A stretch of DNA of 64,000 bases from Vulcanimicrobiota bacterium (GTDB lineage Bacteria > Vulcanimicrobiota > Vulcanimicrobiia > Vulcanimicrobiales > Vulcanimicrobiaceae), in the NCBI GenBank assembly GCA_963777315.1, contig CAVZQC010000004.1:1-64000 (forward strand). Direction: 5' to 3'. A model generated the notes under the pieces. That model was not told the origin of the DNA. It made no database searches and saw only the letters and a program-made list of their open reading frames with translations. Below, in pieces: positions 46,105 through 56,830 of this stretch. A program made the translations under genes and the position numbers. The first letter of the stretch is position 1. Every line of letters starts with the position of its first letter.

Positions 46105-48403
46105 CTTTCGCGTTCTCGGCCTGCGCGACGACGAACTCAAAACCGCCGCCGCACACGCCGGTCTCGCGCTGCGCGTCGACGAACTGCGCCGGATCGCCCG
46201 GCGCCTGGAGCGCGACCCGACAATGGTGGAAGTGCGGGCGTTTGACGCACAGTGGAGCGAGCACTGCTCGTACAAGAGCAGCCGCCACCACCTGCGTAAG
46301 CTGCCCGTGCACGGGCCTACCGTCATGCAGGGACCGGCCGAGGACGCGGGCATTCTGCATTTGGGCGAATGGAACGGCGAGAAGTGGGGCGTCGCCATCG
46401 CGCACGAGTCGCACAACCACCCTTCGCAAGTCGTTCCGTTCGAGGGCGCCGCAACCGGCGTGGGCGGGATCGTGCGCGACGTGCTGTGCATGGGCGCCGA
46501 AGTCGTCGCGCTGGCCGATCCGCTTCGGTTCGGGCGCATCGACGATCCGCAATCCCACCAACGCTACGTCGCGCAGAGCGTGGTCGACGGCATAGCGGCC
46601 TACGGCAATGCCATCGGGGTGCCGAATATCGCCGGCGACGTGTATTTCGACGAAGGCTTCGACGACAATTGCCTGGTCAACGTCGTGGCGCTGGGCTTGG
46701 TAAAGGAAAGCGACGTCATACACTCCGCAGCGCCGGCGCAGTCTGCCGGCTGGGACATCGTGCTCGTGGGCAAGGCGACCGACACCAGCGGTTTCGGCGG
46801 AGCCGCGTTCTCTTCGATCGCCCTCGACCAAGCCAACGAAGATGCCAACAAAGGCGCCGTGCAAGTTCCGGATCCGTTCCTCAAAAACGTGATCATGCGC
46901 GCAACGTACGCCGTGTTCGCCTACTTGCGGGCGAACGCGATTGCGGCCGGTTTTAAGGATCTGGGCGCCGGCGGCATCATGGGCTGCAGCGCGGAACTGT
47001 GCGCGGCTGGCGGCTTGGGCGCGATCGTCGATTTGGACGACGTCAATACCGCCGTTGACGGTATGGCGCCCGAAGTGATTGCGGTCGGCGAAACGCAGGA
47101 GCGGTTGTGCTGGATACTGCCCGGCGACGCGACGGCTCGCGTTCTGCAGATCTATAACGAGGAATATTCACTACCGCAAATCGCGCGAGGCGCTTGCGCT
47201 ACGGTGATCGGTGCGGTACAACCCGAGCCGCGTTACGTGCTGCGCGCCGGCGGTGAGACGGTAATGGATGTGCCGATCGACTTTTTGACCGGTTCGATTC
47301 GCGACGAGCTGCCGGTGCGGGCGATGAGCGAACGCCACGCCGATCGCGCGGAGCAGCGATATATTACCGGCCGCCACCGCGTTGGCGATCTCTTACCGGC
47401 GGTGCTAGCGCATCGCGACGTGTGCTCGCGCGAGCCGCTGTACGTGCGGTACGATGGTGTCGTGCGCGGTACGACGGTCATCGCGCGTGGAGCAGCGTGC
47501 GCGGGGGTTATTGCGCCGCTGCACGGCGCTCCGTTCGGGATAGCGCTCGCAGTTGCAGGCAATCCGCGATACGGCAAGCTCGATCCGATTCTGGCCGCGC
47601 AGCATGCAGTGCTGCACGCCGTCAGAAAGGTCGTTTCGGTTGGCGCTAGGCCGTTGGGGCTTACAGACTGTCTGAATTTCGGCAATCCTCACAACGTCGG
47701 ACAGTATTCGCAGATGGTCGCATGCATTGACGGCCTCGCGCTTGCTGCCGGCCGGCTCGAGGTGCCGTACGTTTCCGGCAACGTCAGCCTGTACAACGAA
47801 TCGCGCGGCGGAGGCGCCGTTCCGGCTTCGCCGATCGTTGCTTGCGTGGGAGCCTTGCAGCACGTCGCCGGGGTGATTACCGCGCCGTTGAAATGCGCCG
47901 GCAGCACGCTGTTTTTGGTGGGGCGTCCGCACAACGCCGTCGGCGGCGCAGCCTTTGCAGAACTGCTCGGGCAAACCGGCGGCCCCGTTGCGCCGATAGA
48001 TTACGACCGCGCAAACGCTGAGATAGCATTTATGCTCAGGGCCGCGCACGACCGACTCGTCCTGTCGGCGAGAAGCGTCGGGAACGGCGGCGCGATTGCA
48101 GCGGTGTGCCGAATGGCATTCGCGACGCCCGCCGACGCGCCGATCGGTGCTGAGCTGTCCGCGGCGCAAACCTGGACGAACGGCGCGGTGGGCGAGCTCG
48201 AAGCGTATTTCGGTGAATCCGGCGGGTTCGTCGTCGAGACCGCGCAGCCCAAAGCGCTCGTGGCGCTTGCGCCGCAAGCGCTCGACTTGATTCCCATCGG
48301 ACATACCCGTTCCGGAGCGCTGCTCGAGATGGCGGAGGCTTCGTTCGACTTGCGCGAACTGCATCGCGCCTGGCAGGCTCCGCTCGCGCAGGTGTATGCG
48401 TAA
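46097..48403 (+). CDS. purL: FGAM synthase subunit PurL
   Basis: WSEHCSYKSS, ESHNHPS, GAATGVGGIVRD, DLGAGG, DCLNFGNP, SGNVSLYN. Confidence 0.96.
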   Translation: MHSFRVLGLRDDELKTAAAHAGLALRVDELRRIARRLERDPTMVEVRAFDAQWSEHCSYKSSRHHLRKLPVHGPTVMQGPAEDAGILHLGEWNGEKWGVAIAHESHNHPSQVVPFEGAATGVGGIVRDVLCMGAEVVALADPLRFGRIDDPQSHQRYVAQSVVDGIAAYGNAIGVPNIAGDVYFDEGFDDNCLVNVVALGLVKESDVIHSAAPAQSAGWDIVLVGKATDTSGFGGAAFSSIALDQANEDANKGAVQVPDPFLKNVIMRATYAVFAYLRANAIAAGFKDLGAGGIMGCSAELCAAGGLGAIVDLDDVNTAVDGMAPEVIAVGETQERLCWILPGDATARVLQIYNEEYSLPQIARGACATVIGAVQPEPRYVLRAGGETVMDVPIDFLTGSIRDELPVRAMSERHADRAEQRYITGRHRVGDLLPAVLAHRDVCSREPLYVRYDGVVRGTTVIARGAACAGVIAPLHGAPFGIALAVAGNPRYGKLDPILAAQHAVLHAVRKVVSVGARPLGLTDCLNFGNPHNVGQYSQMVACIDGLALAAGRLEVPYVSGNVSLYNESRGGGAVPASPIVACVGALQHVAGVITAPLKCAGSTLFLVGRPHNAVGGAAFAELLGQTGGPVAPIDYDRANAEIAFMLRAAHDRLVLSARSVGNGGAIAAVCRMAFATPADAPIGAELSAAQTWTNGAVGELEAYFGESGGFVVETAQPKALVALAPQALDLIPIGHTRSGALLEMAEASFDLRELHRAWQAPLAQVYA

Positions 48404-49167
48404 TGATCGCCAGAGTTGCGGTGCTCGTATTTCCCGGCACGAACAGCGAGAGCGAAACGCTGCGCATTTGCCGCGACGTCGGTTTGGACGCCGAAGTCGT
48501 CCACTGGAGTCACGCGCGCAAACTGCCGCAGTTCGACGCGTACGTGCTTCCGGGCGGATTCGCCTATGAAGATCGCATTCGCGCCGGTGCGATTCCCGCG
48601 CACGATCCCATGATGGATTATGTGATTGAAGCAGCCCAAAACGGAAAGCCCGTGCTGGGCGTGTGCAACGGGGCGCAGATCTTGCTCGAAGCAGGATTGG
48701 TGCCGGGCACCGCCGGCGTACGCAAGCCGACTGCGGCGTTCACGCACAACGGTCCGCAGCCGCATTTCGTGTGCAAGCACGTGCATCTGAAGCTGGGCAT
48801 CGAACCATCGCGCTGCGTGCTCACGGCCGCGCTGCGCAGCGATGCGCTGATCCCGGCATGGGCGGCGCACGCTCAAGGGCGGCTGGCGGCCACGCCGGAA
48901 CACTTGCGCGAAATTACCGAAGGCGGTCATGTGGCCTTCGTCTACGCTCACGCCGATGGAACCGTGGACGAAACGGCAACGCCGAACGCTTCGGCACTGG
49001 GCTGCGCGGGACTGACCAACCGCGAAGGCAACGTGCTGGCGATCATGCCGCACCCCGAGCGCGATGCATGGAATTACAACCATCCCGATCGGCGGGAAAG
49101 CTCCGACATGCTTGCTCCGTCGGGCGGTTCGCAACTGTTTGCGGCGTTCGCCGCGGCGTTGAGATGA
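48403..49167 (+). CDS. purQ: FGAM synthase glutaminase subunit
   Basis: FPGTNSE, PGGFAYED, LGVCNGAQIL, MPHPER. Confidence 0.96.
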   Translation: MIARVAVLVFPGTNSESETLRICRDVGLDAEVVHWSHARKLPQFDAYVLPGGFAYEDRIRAGAIPAHDPMMDYVIEAAQNGKPVLGVCNGAQILLEAGLVPGTAGVRKPTAAFTHNGPQPHFVCKHVHLKLGIEPSRCVLTAALRSDALIPAWAAHAQGRLAATPEHLREITEGGHVAFVYAHADGTVDETATPNASALGCAGLTNREGNVLAIMPHPERDAWNYNHPDRRESSDMLAPSGGSQLFAAFAAALR

Positions 49168-49607
49168 CTCGCACGGTTGCGATACGCCTGAAGATTCCCG
49201 ACAATGAGGCCTACACGGCGCTTACGGCGCTGCGGCGTTTGCACGTCGATGTCGAGAACGTGGAACGTGCGGAGATTTGGACGCTCGACGATTCGGGCGA
49301 TGCCCAAAACTTCGTCGCGCGCGTGCAGCGCAACGAAACGCTTTTCAACGTCAACAAACACGCACTCGATCTGCTCGAGCAGGCGCATCCGCGGCAAGGC
49401 GAAGTGTGGATCGAAACGCTGGGGCAGTTCGATGGCGACGATCTGGCCCGCGCGGGCGGAAGAGGGATTGCGGGCGTTTCCCGCGGCCGGCGGTATATCG
49501 GCTGGCGGTTGTTCGGGCCCGATCGCTCGTTTGCCGATGAGTCAACGGTTCGCTGCGCTGCCGAAAAACTGTTGTGCAACCCCGCCATCGAGAGGGCTCT
49601 CTTCTAG
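49164..49607 (+). CDS. long PurS-like protein (147 aa)
   Basis: ATG overlaps the purQ stop; N-terminal VAIRLKIPD...ALRRL and C-terminal EKLLCNPAIE resemble PurS. Confidence 0.65.
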   Translation: MTRTVAIRLKIPDNEAYTALTALRRLHVDVENVERAEIWTLDDSGDAQNFVARVQRNETLFNVNKHALDLLEQAHPRQGEVWIETLGQFDGDDLARAGGRGIAGVSRGRRYIGWRLFGPDRSFADESTVRCAAEKLLCNPAIERALF

Positions 49608-50630
49608 ATGAACAAACCGTACACGATTGCGACGCTGGGCTCACACTCGGCGCTCCAAATCCTCAAAGGAGCGCACGACGAGGGTTTCCGCACGCTCGCG
49701 ATTGCGAATCGCGACACCGAACGCCTGTACCGCTCGTTCCGCTTCGTCGACGAGGTGATCGGCATCGATCGCTATCAGGAATTCCCCAGTTTGCTGGGCG
49801 AACTGCAGAAGCGAAAGATCGTCATCGTGCCGCACGGCTCGTTCGTCGCCTATCTTTCGCTGGACGAGCACAAGCGAATGACGGTCCCGTACTTCGGGAA
49901 TAAAGCGGTCCTGGACTGGGAAGCCAGCCGCGAGCTGCAGCGCCAGTGGCTCTCGCGCGCCGGACTGACGCTGCCGCGCCAGTTCACCGGCGGCGGCGAG
50001 ATCGACCGCCCGGTGATCGTCAAACTCTACGGCGCCGCGGGCGGCAAGGGTTACATGTTCATTCGCGACGCAACCGACTTCGAGTCGCGAGTCCGCGATC
50101 TCAAAGAAGCCTACATCATTCAAGAATACATCATCGGCGTGCCGCTCTACATCCACTATTTCTATTCGCCGTTGGAAGACAAGCTGGAAATCATGAGCAT
50201 GGACAGGCGCTACGAAACCAACGTGGACTCGCTGGGGCGTATTCCGGCGGCGGCTCAGGAAGGCATGGACGTCAGCCCAGACTACGTGGTGGTCGGCAAC
50301 TCGCCGGTATCGCTGCGCGAGTCGATGCTTGCGCAGGCATACCGCATGGGGGAGGACGTCGTGCGCGTCAGCAAAGAAATCTGCGGTCCCAAAGGGTTGT
50401 TCGGCGCGTTCTGCATCGAAACGATCATCACGCCGGACATGCAGTTCTACGTGATGGAGATTTCGGCGCGCATCGTTGCGGGTACGAACCTGTTCATCGA
50501 CGGCTCGCCGTACTCGTACTTGAACTACTCCGAGCCGATGTCGACCGGGCGGCGAATCGCCCGGGAACTCAAAAACGCACTTTTGACCAACAATCTCCGT
50601 TTCGTATTAGATGATTCGAGCGTCCTGTAA
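49608..50630 (+). CDS. purP: formate-dependent FAICAR synthetase, archaeal PurP family
   Basis: IATLGSHSALQILKGAHDEGFRT, VPHGSFVAY, VVGNSPVSLRES, EISARIVAGTN, MSTGRRIARE. Confidence 0.92.
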   Translation: MNKPYTIATLGSHSALQILKGAHDEGFRTLAIANRDTERLYRSFRFVDEVIGIDRYQEFPSLLGELQKRKIVIVPHGSFVAYLSLDEHKRMTVPYFGNKAVLDWEASRELQRQWLSRAGLTLPRQFTGGGEIDRPVIVKLYGAAGGKGYMFIRDATDFESRVRDLKEAYIIQEYIIGVPLYIHYFYSPLEDKLEIMSMDRRYETNVDSLGRIPAAAQEGMDVSPDYVVVGNSPVSLRESMLAQAYRMGEDVVRVSKEICGPKGLFGAFCIETIITPDMQFYVMEISARIVAGTNLFIDGSPYSYLNYSEPMSTGRRIARELKNALLTNNLRFVLDDSSVL

Positions 50631-51729
50631 AGTCTTGGCCTTGGCGCTGTGCGCCCTCCTCGCCGTCGCCCCGCTGCGTTCGCGGGCGGCCTTCATGGCC
50701 GATCCCGATGCGTTGTACCGCGAGATGAAGGCGGCGTACGAAAAGGGGAACGCGCAAGGCTGGACGTTTTATAACCAGGAGTACTATCTCTCGACGCTGT
50801 TCAACGCCGGGCGCGCGTATTCTCTGCAGCGTCCCGACGATCCGGCGTACGCGCCGATCCAACAGACGACCGTCGACGTCGCGGCGGGCGTTCATTACGA
50901 TCCGCTGGTCAACCACGAAGCGGTTCCGTGGTACGTGCGGGAGGCAGCGCTGTACGTGCAGCGCGTCAACGCCAATCCGGCGGAGGTCTCAAAGGCCAAA
51001 GACTTGCTGGCGCGCGTCGATGCGCTGGAGGATCCGGCGGCGCTCGCGCGCTTTGCGGACGAAGATGCCGCCGCCAACGAGGCGCAGTACCCGCACGACT
51101 TCAATGCGACCTTGCAGCGAGTCGAAGCGAACTGGCGCGGATGGCTGATCACGCATGACACGTCGTGGCGCAGTTTGGCGCTGGAACGCGCCGCTGCGCC
51201 GGAATTCCCAATCGCCGATCTGCCCACGTCCTGGGGTCCGGCCTTCCTCAAAGCGGTAACGGACGCGGCCGCCGGCGCGGACGGCTATACCGCCGGAGAT
51301 CAGTCCAACGCCAAAACGATCGTGGATCGCATCGAGAAAATAACCCCGCTCAAAACGATCGAAAGCGTCATAGCGGCGCCTTCGCACGCACGCCAGATGA
51401 CCACGCTCGCGCCCGCGGACGAATACTTCGGTCCGATGGGCATGTCGATCTTAGGCATACGCAACGAGCTCAATCACGTCAACTACATGATCGGCTACGG
51501 GTACGCGCGTCAAGAGAGCAGTATCGCCGTGCAGATCGCCGTTTCGATCGACGATTTGCACAAGGTGTATCCGCGGGATCGCGATCTGCCCAAACTGTTG
51601 GCCGACGTTTACGACACGCTGACCAAGATTGATACCTCGGACGCGCAGGCAGCGCGCGCGCACGTGCGAGCGATTTTGACCGTGGAGTACCAGGACAGCA
51701 AACAGGCTCAAGATTTGCTGCACGCCTGA
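50611..51729 (+). CDS. hypothetical exported helical protein
   Basis: Signal peptide; APADEYFGPMGMSILGIRN segment; no family recognised. Confidence 0.75.
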   Translation: MIRASCKVLALALCALLAVAPLRSRAAFMADPDALYREMKAAYEKGNAQGWTFYNQEYYLSTLFNAGRAYSLQRPDDPAYAPIQQTTVDVAAGVHYDPLVNHEAVPWYVREAALYVQRVNANPAEVSKAKDLLARVDALEDPAALARFADEDAAANEAQYPHDFNATLQRVEANWRGWLITHDTSWRSLALERAAAPEFPIADLPTSWGPAFLKAVTDAAAGADGYTAGDQSNAKTIVDRIEKITPLKTIESVIAAPSHARQMTTLAPADEYFGPMGMSILGIRNELNHVNYMIGYGYARQESSIAVQIAVSIDDLHKVYPRDRDLPKLLADVYDTLTKIDTSDAQAARAHVRAILTVEYQDSKQAQDLLHA

Positions 51730-51732
51730 TCC

Positions 51733-53028
51733 CTACGGCTGAACTGCGGCCAGCGAGCCTTCGAATGCCTCCAGAAATTCGCGCGAATCGTCGTCGGTGA
51801 AGATCAGCGGAGGCTGAATGCGGATGATGTTGCTGAAGCGGCCGCCCTTACCGACCAGGACGCCGCGCGTGCGCATCTCTTCAAGCAGGCGTGTTGCCTC
51901 CTTGGCGGCATGAGCTTTGGTGCTGCGGTCGGTGACCAGTTCGACGCCGATCATCAGGCCGCGGCCGCGCACGTCGCCCACGATGGGATACCGCGTCTGC
52001 AAATCGCGCAGTCCGGCCAGCAGCCTTTCGCCCTGGCGCTTCGAGTTGCCGATCAGGTCGCGCTTTTCGACGACGTCGATCGTCACCTTCGCGGCCCGGC
52101 TGGACAGCGGATTGCCCCCGAACGTGTTGATGTGCGGGCCTTTGAAGACGTCCGCCAATTCCGGGCGGGTAATGGTGATGCCGATAGGCACTCCCGATCC
52201 CAAACCCTTGGCCGACGTGATGATGTCCGGCACGACGCCGTACGTCGAACTGATGCCGAACATTCCGTCTCCAAGGCGGCCCCATCCGGCCTGCACCTCA
52301 TCGGCGATGAGCAGCGTGCCGAACGGTTCGAGCGTTTCGCGCAAGACTTTGAAGTATTCCGGCGGAGGCGCGATGATGCCGCCGACGCCCGCGATCGTCT
52401 CGGCAATCATGGCCGCGGGCGCGCCGTCGGTTTGCGTTTCGATCGTTCGTTTAGCCGACTTCGCGCAGGCGATCCCGCAGGACGGATACGTGAGGTTGAG
52501 CGGACAACGGTAGCAGTAGGGAGCGGGCACGAATGCTACGTGCGGATACTGCGCCGCGAAGTTGCGCCAGTTGCTTTGCCCGGCCATTGCAACGGTGTAC
52601 ACGGTGCGCCCATGATAGGCGTTTTCGAGCGCCAGGAAATCGGGCGACTTGCGGACCGAACGCGCGACGAGCGCCGCGACCTCGTTGGCTTCCGATCCCG
52701 AATTGCTAAAGAAGCTCTTGGTCATTCCCTGGGGAGCCACGTCGGCCACTTTTTCAGCCAGATCCAGCATCTCGTCGGTCAAATAGAGCGTTGAAACGTG
52801 AATCAGCTTTTGAGCTTGCTCCGCGACGGCTTGCGCGACTTCGGTGTCGCCGTATCCGACGGTGTTGGTGGCGATGCCCGCAAATGCGTCCAAGTAGTCG
52901 CGTCCGGCATCGTCGCGCACGCGCGCGCCTTCGCCGCCGGTGAGCGTGAGCGGCTGTTCGTAATACGTCGCCTGCGAGGCGAAGAGATGATCTTTGGCGC
53001 GCTTGGCGTTGTTCTTGAGTAATCGCAT
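51733..53028 (-). CDS. class III aminotransferase (beta-alanine aminotransferase, PydD-like)
   Basis: YLDAFAG, NSGSEANE, IADEVQAG, SAKGLG, DVRGRGLM; last gene of the pyd operon. Confidence 0.9.
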   Translation of the reverse strand: MRLLKNNAKRAKDHLFASQATYYEQPLTLTGGEGARVRDDAGRDYLDAFAGIATNTVGYGDTEVAQAVAEQAQKLIHVSTLYLTDEMLDLAEKVADVAPQGMTKSFFSNSGSEANEVAALVARSVRKSPDFLALENAYHGRTVYTVAMAGQSNWRNFAAQYPHVAFVPAPYCYRCPLNLTYPSCGIACAKSAKRTIETQTDGAPAAMIAETIAGVGGIIAPPPEYFKVLRETLEPFGTLLIADEVQAGWGRLGDGMFGISSTYGVVPDIITSAKGLGSGVPIGITITRPELADVFKGPHINTFGGNPLSSRAAKVTIDVVEKRDLIGNSKRQGERLLAGLRDLQTRYPIVGDVRGRGLMIGVELVTDRSTKAHAAKEATRLLEEMRTRGVLVGKGGRFSNIIRIQPPLIFTDDDSREFLEAFEGSLAAVQP

Positions 53029-53032
53029 CCGG

Positions 53033-54523
53033 TTAGGCCTCCGTGGGAAGGAGCGTTGAAGGTGATTCTTCGGCAGTAGCGGATCGCCGTTCGCCGCGCA
53101 TGAGCAGCCAATATGCCAGCGAACCGCCCAGCAGGCTGAAAATCCAGCCGCCGCTCCACAAAAAACGCAGCGCCGGAAAGGCCAGTCCCAGCAGAGCGAC
53201 GCCCCATCCGGCCAGCAGCGCCAGAACCGCGCGCACGTTGAACCCGCGCGCGTACGAATATATTCCGCCCGGTTTGTAGAGCTGCAAAAGGTCGAGCCGT
53301 TTCTTGCGCACCAGCCAGTAATCCGCAATCGCTATGCCGTCGAACGAACCGAGCATTGCCCCATACGTTCCCAGCCAAGTGAAGATGTACGTCGCGAACG
53401 TTGCCAGCACGTACCACGGCTGCATGGCTAGGCTCAGCAAACCGGTGATAACGGCGCCGGCCGCAAAGGTGACGCGCTGCGGCCAGACGTTCTCAAACGC
53501 GCGCGCAGGCGCCATGACGTTTGCGCCCACGTTGATCGTCACCGACGACAAAATAACGATGATGCCCGCCACGACGGCAACGCCCGTGGGGAACTTGACG
53601 ATAAGATCGATTGGATTCCACAGCGCCGTTCCAAAGAGCAGCACGGTGGCCGAGGTCACGGCAATGCCGACGAACGAAAAAATCGCCATCGTGACGGGCA
53701 TGGACAACGCTTGTCCCAGCATTTGGCCGCGTTGGGTGCGCGCGTAACGGGTGTAGTCGGGAATGTTCAGCGCCAGCGTCGCCCAAAACGCGATCACTCC
53801 TACGACCGAAGGGTAGAAGGCGTTCCAAAATGCCGGGCCGTGCAGTTTAGCCGGCGTCGACAACATCGGCCCGAAACCGCCCGCGCTTACCGCCGCCCAT
53901 GCCAGCAATGCAGCGGCGCCGAGCGCTAGCGTGGGAGCGGCAATCTGCGCGAGTCTTCCGATTGCCTGTGGGCCTCGCGCTGCAATTGCGACGTTGATGA
54001 TCCAAAAGACGGCGAACGCGATGGGAAGATGTGCCGCAAGCGTGTGCCATGATGGTACGGTCCTGAGCAGTATGGCGTCCAACGCTTGACCGCCGAACCA
54101 GGAGTTGATACCGAACCAGCCCGCGGCAATGAGCGCGCGCGCGAGCGCAGGTACGTGCGCGCCCCGCGTGCCGAACCACAGGCGCGCGAACACCGGATAA
54201 GGGATGCCGTACTTCGTTCCCGCGTGCGAGACCAGCAGAATGGCGCCCATGACGACGATGCTTCCGGTAAAAACCGTGAGAACCGATTCCCACCAGTTCA
54301 TACCCAGCGCAATCATGCCGCTGGCCAGCGAGTACGTCGGCAGGCACAAGCACATTCCGATCCACAGCGCGGCGAACTTGCCGCCCGGCCACGAGTGTTC
54401 GGCAATCGTGCAGGGGCGCAAGTCTTCATTCCACATCGAGCCGTTCTGCGCCGCAGCTGCCTGCGCTTCGTCGGTCAGCACGATGAAGTCGCCTACGCGC
54501 ACCTGCGTGATCGGCGGTTGCAT
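53033..54523 (-). CDS. NCS1 nucleobase:cation symporter
   Basis: GTKYGIPYPVFAR..FG, GWFGINSW, FWATLALNIPDYTRY, IADYWLVR. Confidence 0.93.
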   Translation of the reverse strand: MQPPITQVRVGDFIVLTDEAQAAAAQNGSMWNEDLRPCTIAEHSWPGGKFAALWIGMCLCLPTYSLASGMIALGMNWWESVLTVFTGSIVVMGAILLVSHAGTKYGIPYPVFARLWFGTRGAHVPALARALIAAGWFGINSWFGGQALDAILLRTVPSWHTLAAHLPIAFAVFWIINVAIAARGPQAIGRLAQIAAPTLALGAAALLAWAAVSAGGFGPMLSTPAKLHGPAFWNAFYPSVVGVIAFWATLALNIPDYTRYARTQRGQMLGQALSMPVTMAIFSFVGIAVTSATVLLFGTALWNPIDLIVKFPTGVAVVAGIIVILSSVTINVGANVMAPARAFENVWPQRVTFAAGAVITGLLSLAMQPWYVLATFATYIFTWLGTYGAMLGSFDGIAIADYWLVRKKRLDLLQLYKPGGIYSYARGFNVRAVLALLAGWGVALLGLAFPALRFLWSGGWIFSLLGGSLAYWLLMRGERRSATAEESPSTLLPTEA

Positions 54524-54527
54524 GCGC

Positions 54528-55412
<885 letters not shown>

Positions 55413-55428
55413 ATTACTCTCCTCGGCT

Positions 55429-56820
55429 CTAGAGAGCCGCCGGATGGAACGCGGCGCTCTTTTGGAACCGGCCCGCGCCCTTTTTGCCCACGAACGCATT
55501 GCCGTCGGCAACCATGCGGCCGCGCGAAAATACGTAGCGCGGACAGCCCTCGATCGTCATGCCTTCGAACACGTTGTTGTCGACGTTCATGTGATGTGTT
55601 TGCGGCGAAATGGTGCGCTTCTTGGCGGGATCCCACACGACGATGTCCGCATCGCTTCCGACCGCGATCGTTCCCTTGCGCGGAAATAAGCCGAAAAACT
55701 TCGCGGGATTGGTCGAGCCCAGCGCCACGAAGTTGTTCAACCCCAAAACGTTGCGGTTCACGCCCACCTCGTACAGGATCGATAGACGGTCCTCGATGGT
55801 AGGCGCGCCGTTGGGGATCTTCGAGAAGTCGTTTCTGCCCAGTTCCTTTTGCCCGCATAAATTGAACGAGCAGTGGTCCGAACCGAAGCTGTGCAGTTCC
55901 ATGTTCATCAGCTTGCGAAGGAGCACGTCCTGGTTCCATTTGTCGCGAATCGGGGGCGACAGCACGTATTTGGCTCCCTCGAAATTGGGACGTTCGTAAT
56001 CGGCGAATTCGCAGACCAAATATTGCGGACACGTTTCACCGTAGACGTGCAGGCCGCGCTTGCGGCCGTCGGAGATCGCGTCGGCCGCCATGGCGCTGGA
56101 AACGTGCACGACGTAGAGCGGTGCGCCGGCAATCTCCGCCAACCGAATCGCGCGCTCCGTCGCCTCGCCTTCGCACTCCACCGGACGGGTGAGCGCGTGC
56201 CATTTCGGCTCCGTCTTGCCTTCCGCGAGAGCTTGCTTTGTGATCACGTCGATCACGTCCCCGTTCTCGGCGTGCACTTGAACCAAACCCCCGTGCTTGC
56301 CGCACGTCTGCAGGGTCTTGAAAATCGTTTCGTCGTCGACTTGCAGCACGTGTTTGTACGCCATGAAAACCTTGAACGAGTTCACGCCGTGCTGCGCGAT
56401 CATTACAGGAATCTCGTTCATGGTATCCTCGCGGCCGTCCGCGATGGTCAAATGGAAGGCGTAGTCGATGCACGCTTTTCCGGAGGCCTTCTCGTGCCAA
56501 GCGTCCAGTGCGTGCGCGAGGGAATCTCCGCGCGTGTGAAGCGCGAAATCGACGATGGTCGTCGTTCCGCCCATGGCGGCGGCTCGCGTGCCGCTTTCGA
56601 AGTCGTCGGCGGTGACCGTTCCTCCGAACGGCATGTCCAAATGCGTGTGCGGGTCGATGCCGCCCGGAAAGACGTAACCGTCGCTTGCGTCGACGATTTC
56701 GTGCGCCGCGCCGTCGAGATTGCGCCCGATCGTCGCAATGCGCTCCCCTTCGATGAGAACGTCGCCGCGGTACATGTCGCTTGCGGTCACCACCGTACCG
56801 CCCCGGACCAATGTGCCCAA
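55429..56820 (-). CDS. hydA: dihydropyrimidinase
   Basis: PGGIDPHTH, GGTTTIVDF, SFKVFMAYK, HAENGD, SDHC, GSDADIVVWDP. Confidence 0.95.
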   Translation of the reverse strand: MGTLVRGGTVVTASDMYRGDVLIEGERIATIGRNLDGAAHEIVDASDGYVFPGGIDPHTHLDMPFGGTVTADDFESGTRAAAMGGTTTIVDFALHTRGDSLAHALDAWHEKASGKACIDYAFHLTIADGREDTMNEIPVMIAQHGVNSFKVFMAYKHVLQVDDETIFKTLQTCGKHGGLVQVHAENGDVIDVITKQALAEGKTEPKWHALTRPVECEGEATERAIRLAEIAGAPLYVVHVSSAMAADAISDGRKRGLHVYGETCPQYLVCEFADYERPNFEGAKYVLSPPIRDKWNQDVLLRKLMNMELHSFGSDHCSFNLCGQKELGRNDFSKIPNGAPTIEDRLSILYEVGVNRNVLGLNNFVALGSTNPAKFFGLFPRKGTIAVGSDADIVVWDPAKKRTISPQTHHMNVDNNVFEGMTIEGCPRYVFSRGRMVADGNAFVGKKGAGRFQKSAAFHPAAL

Positions 56821-56830
56821 CGCAGTTTCC

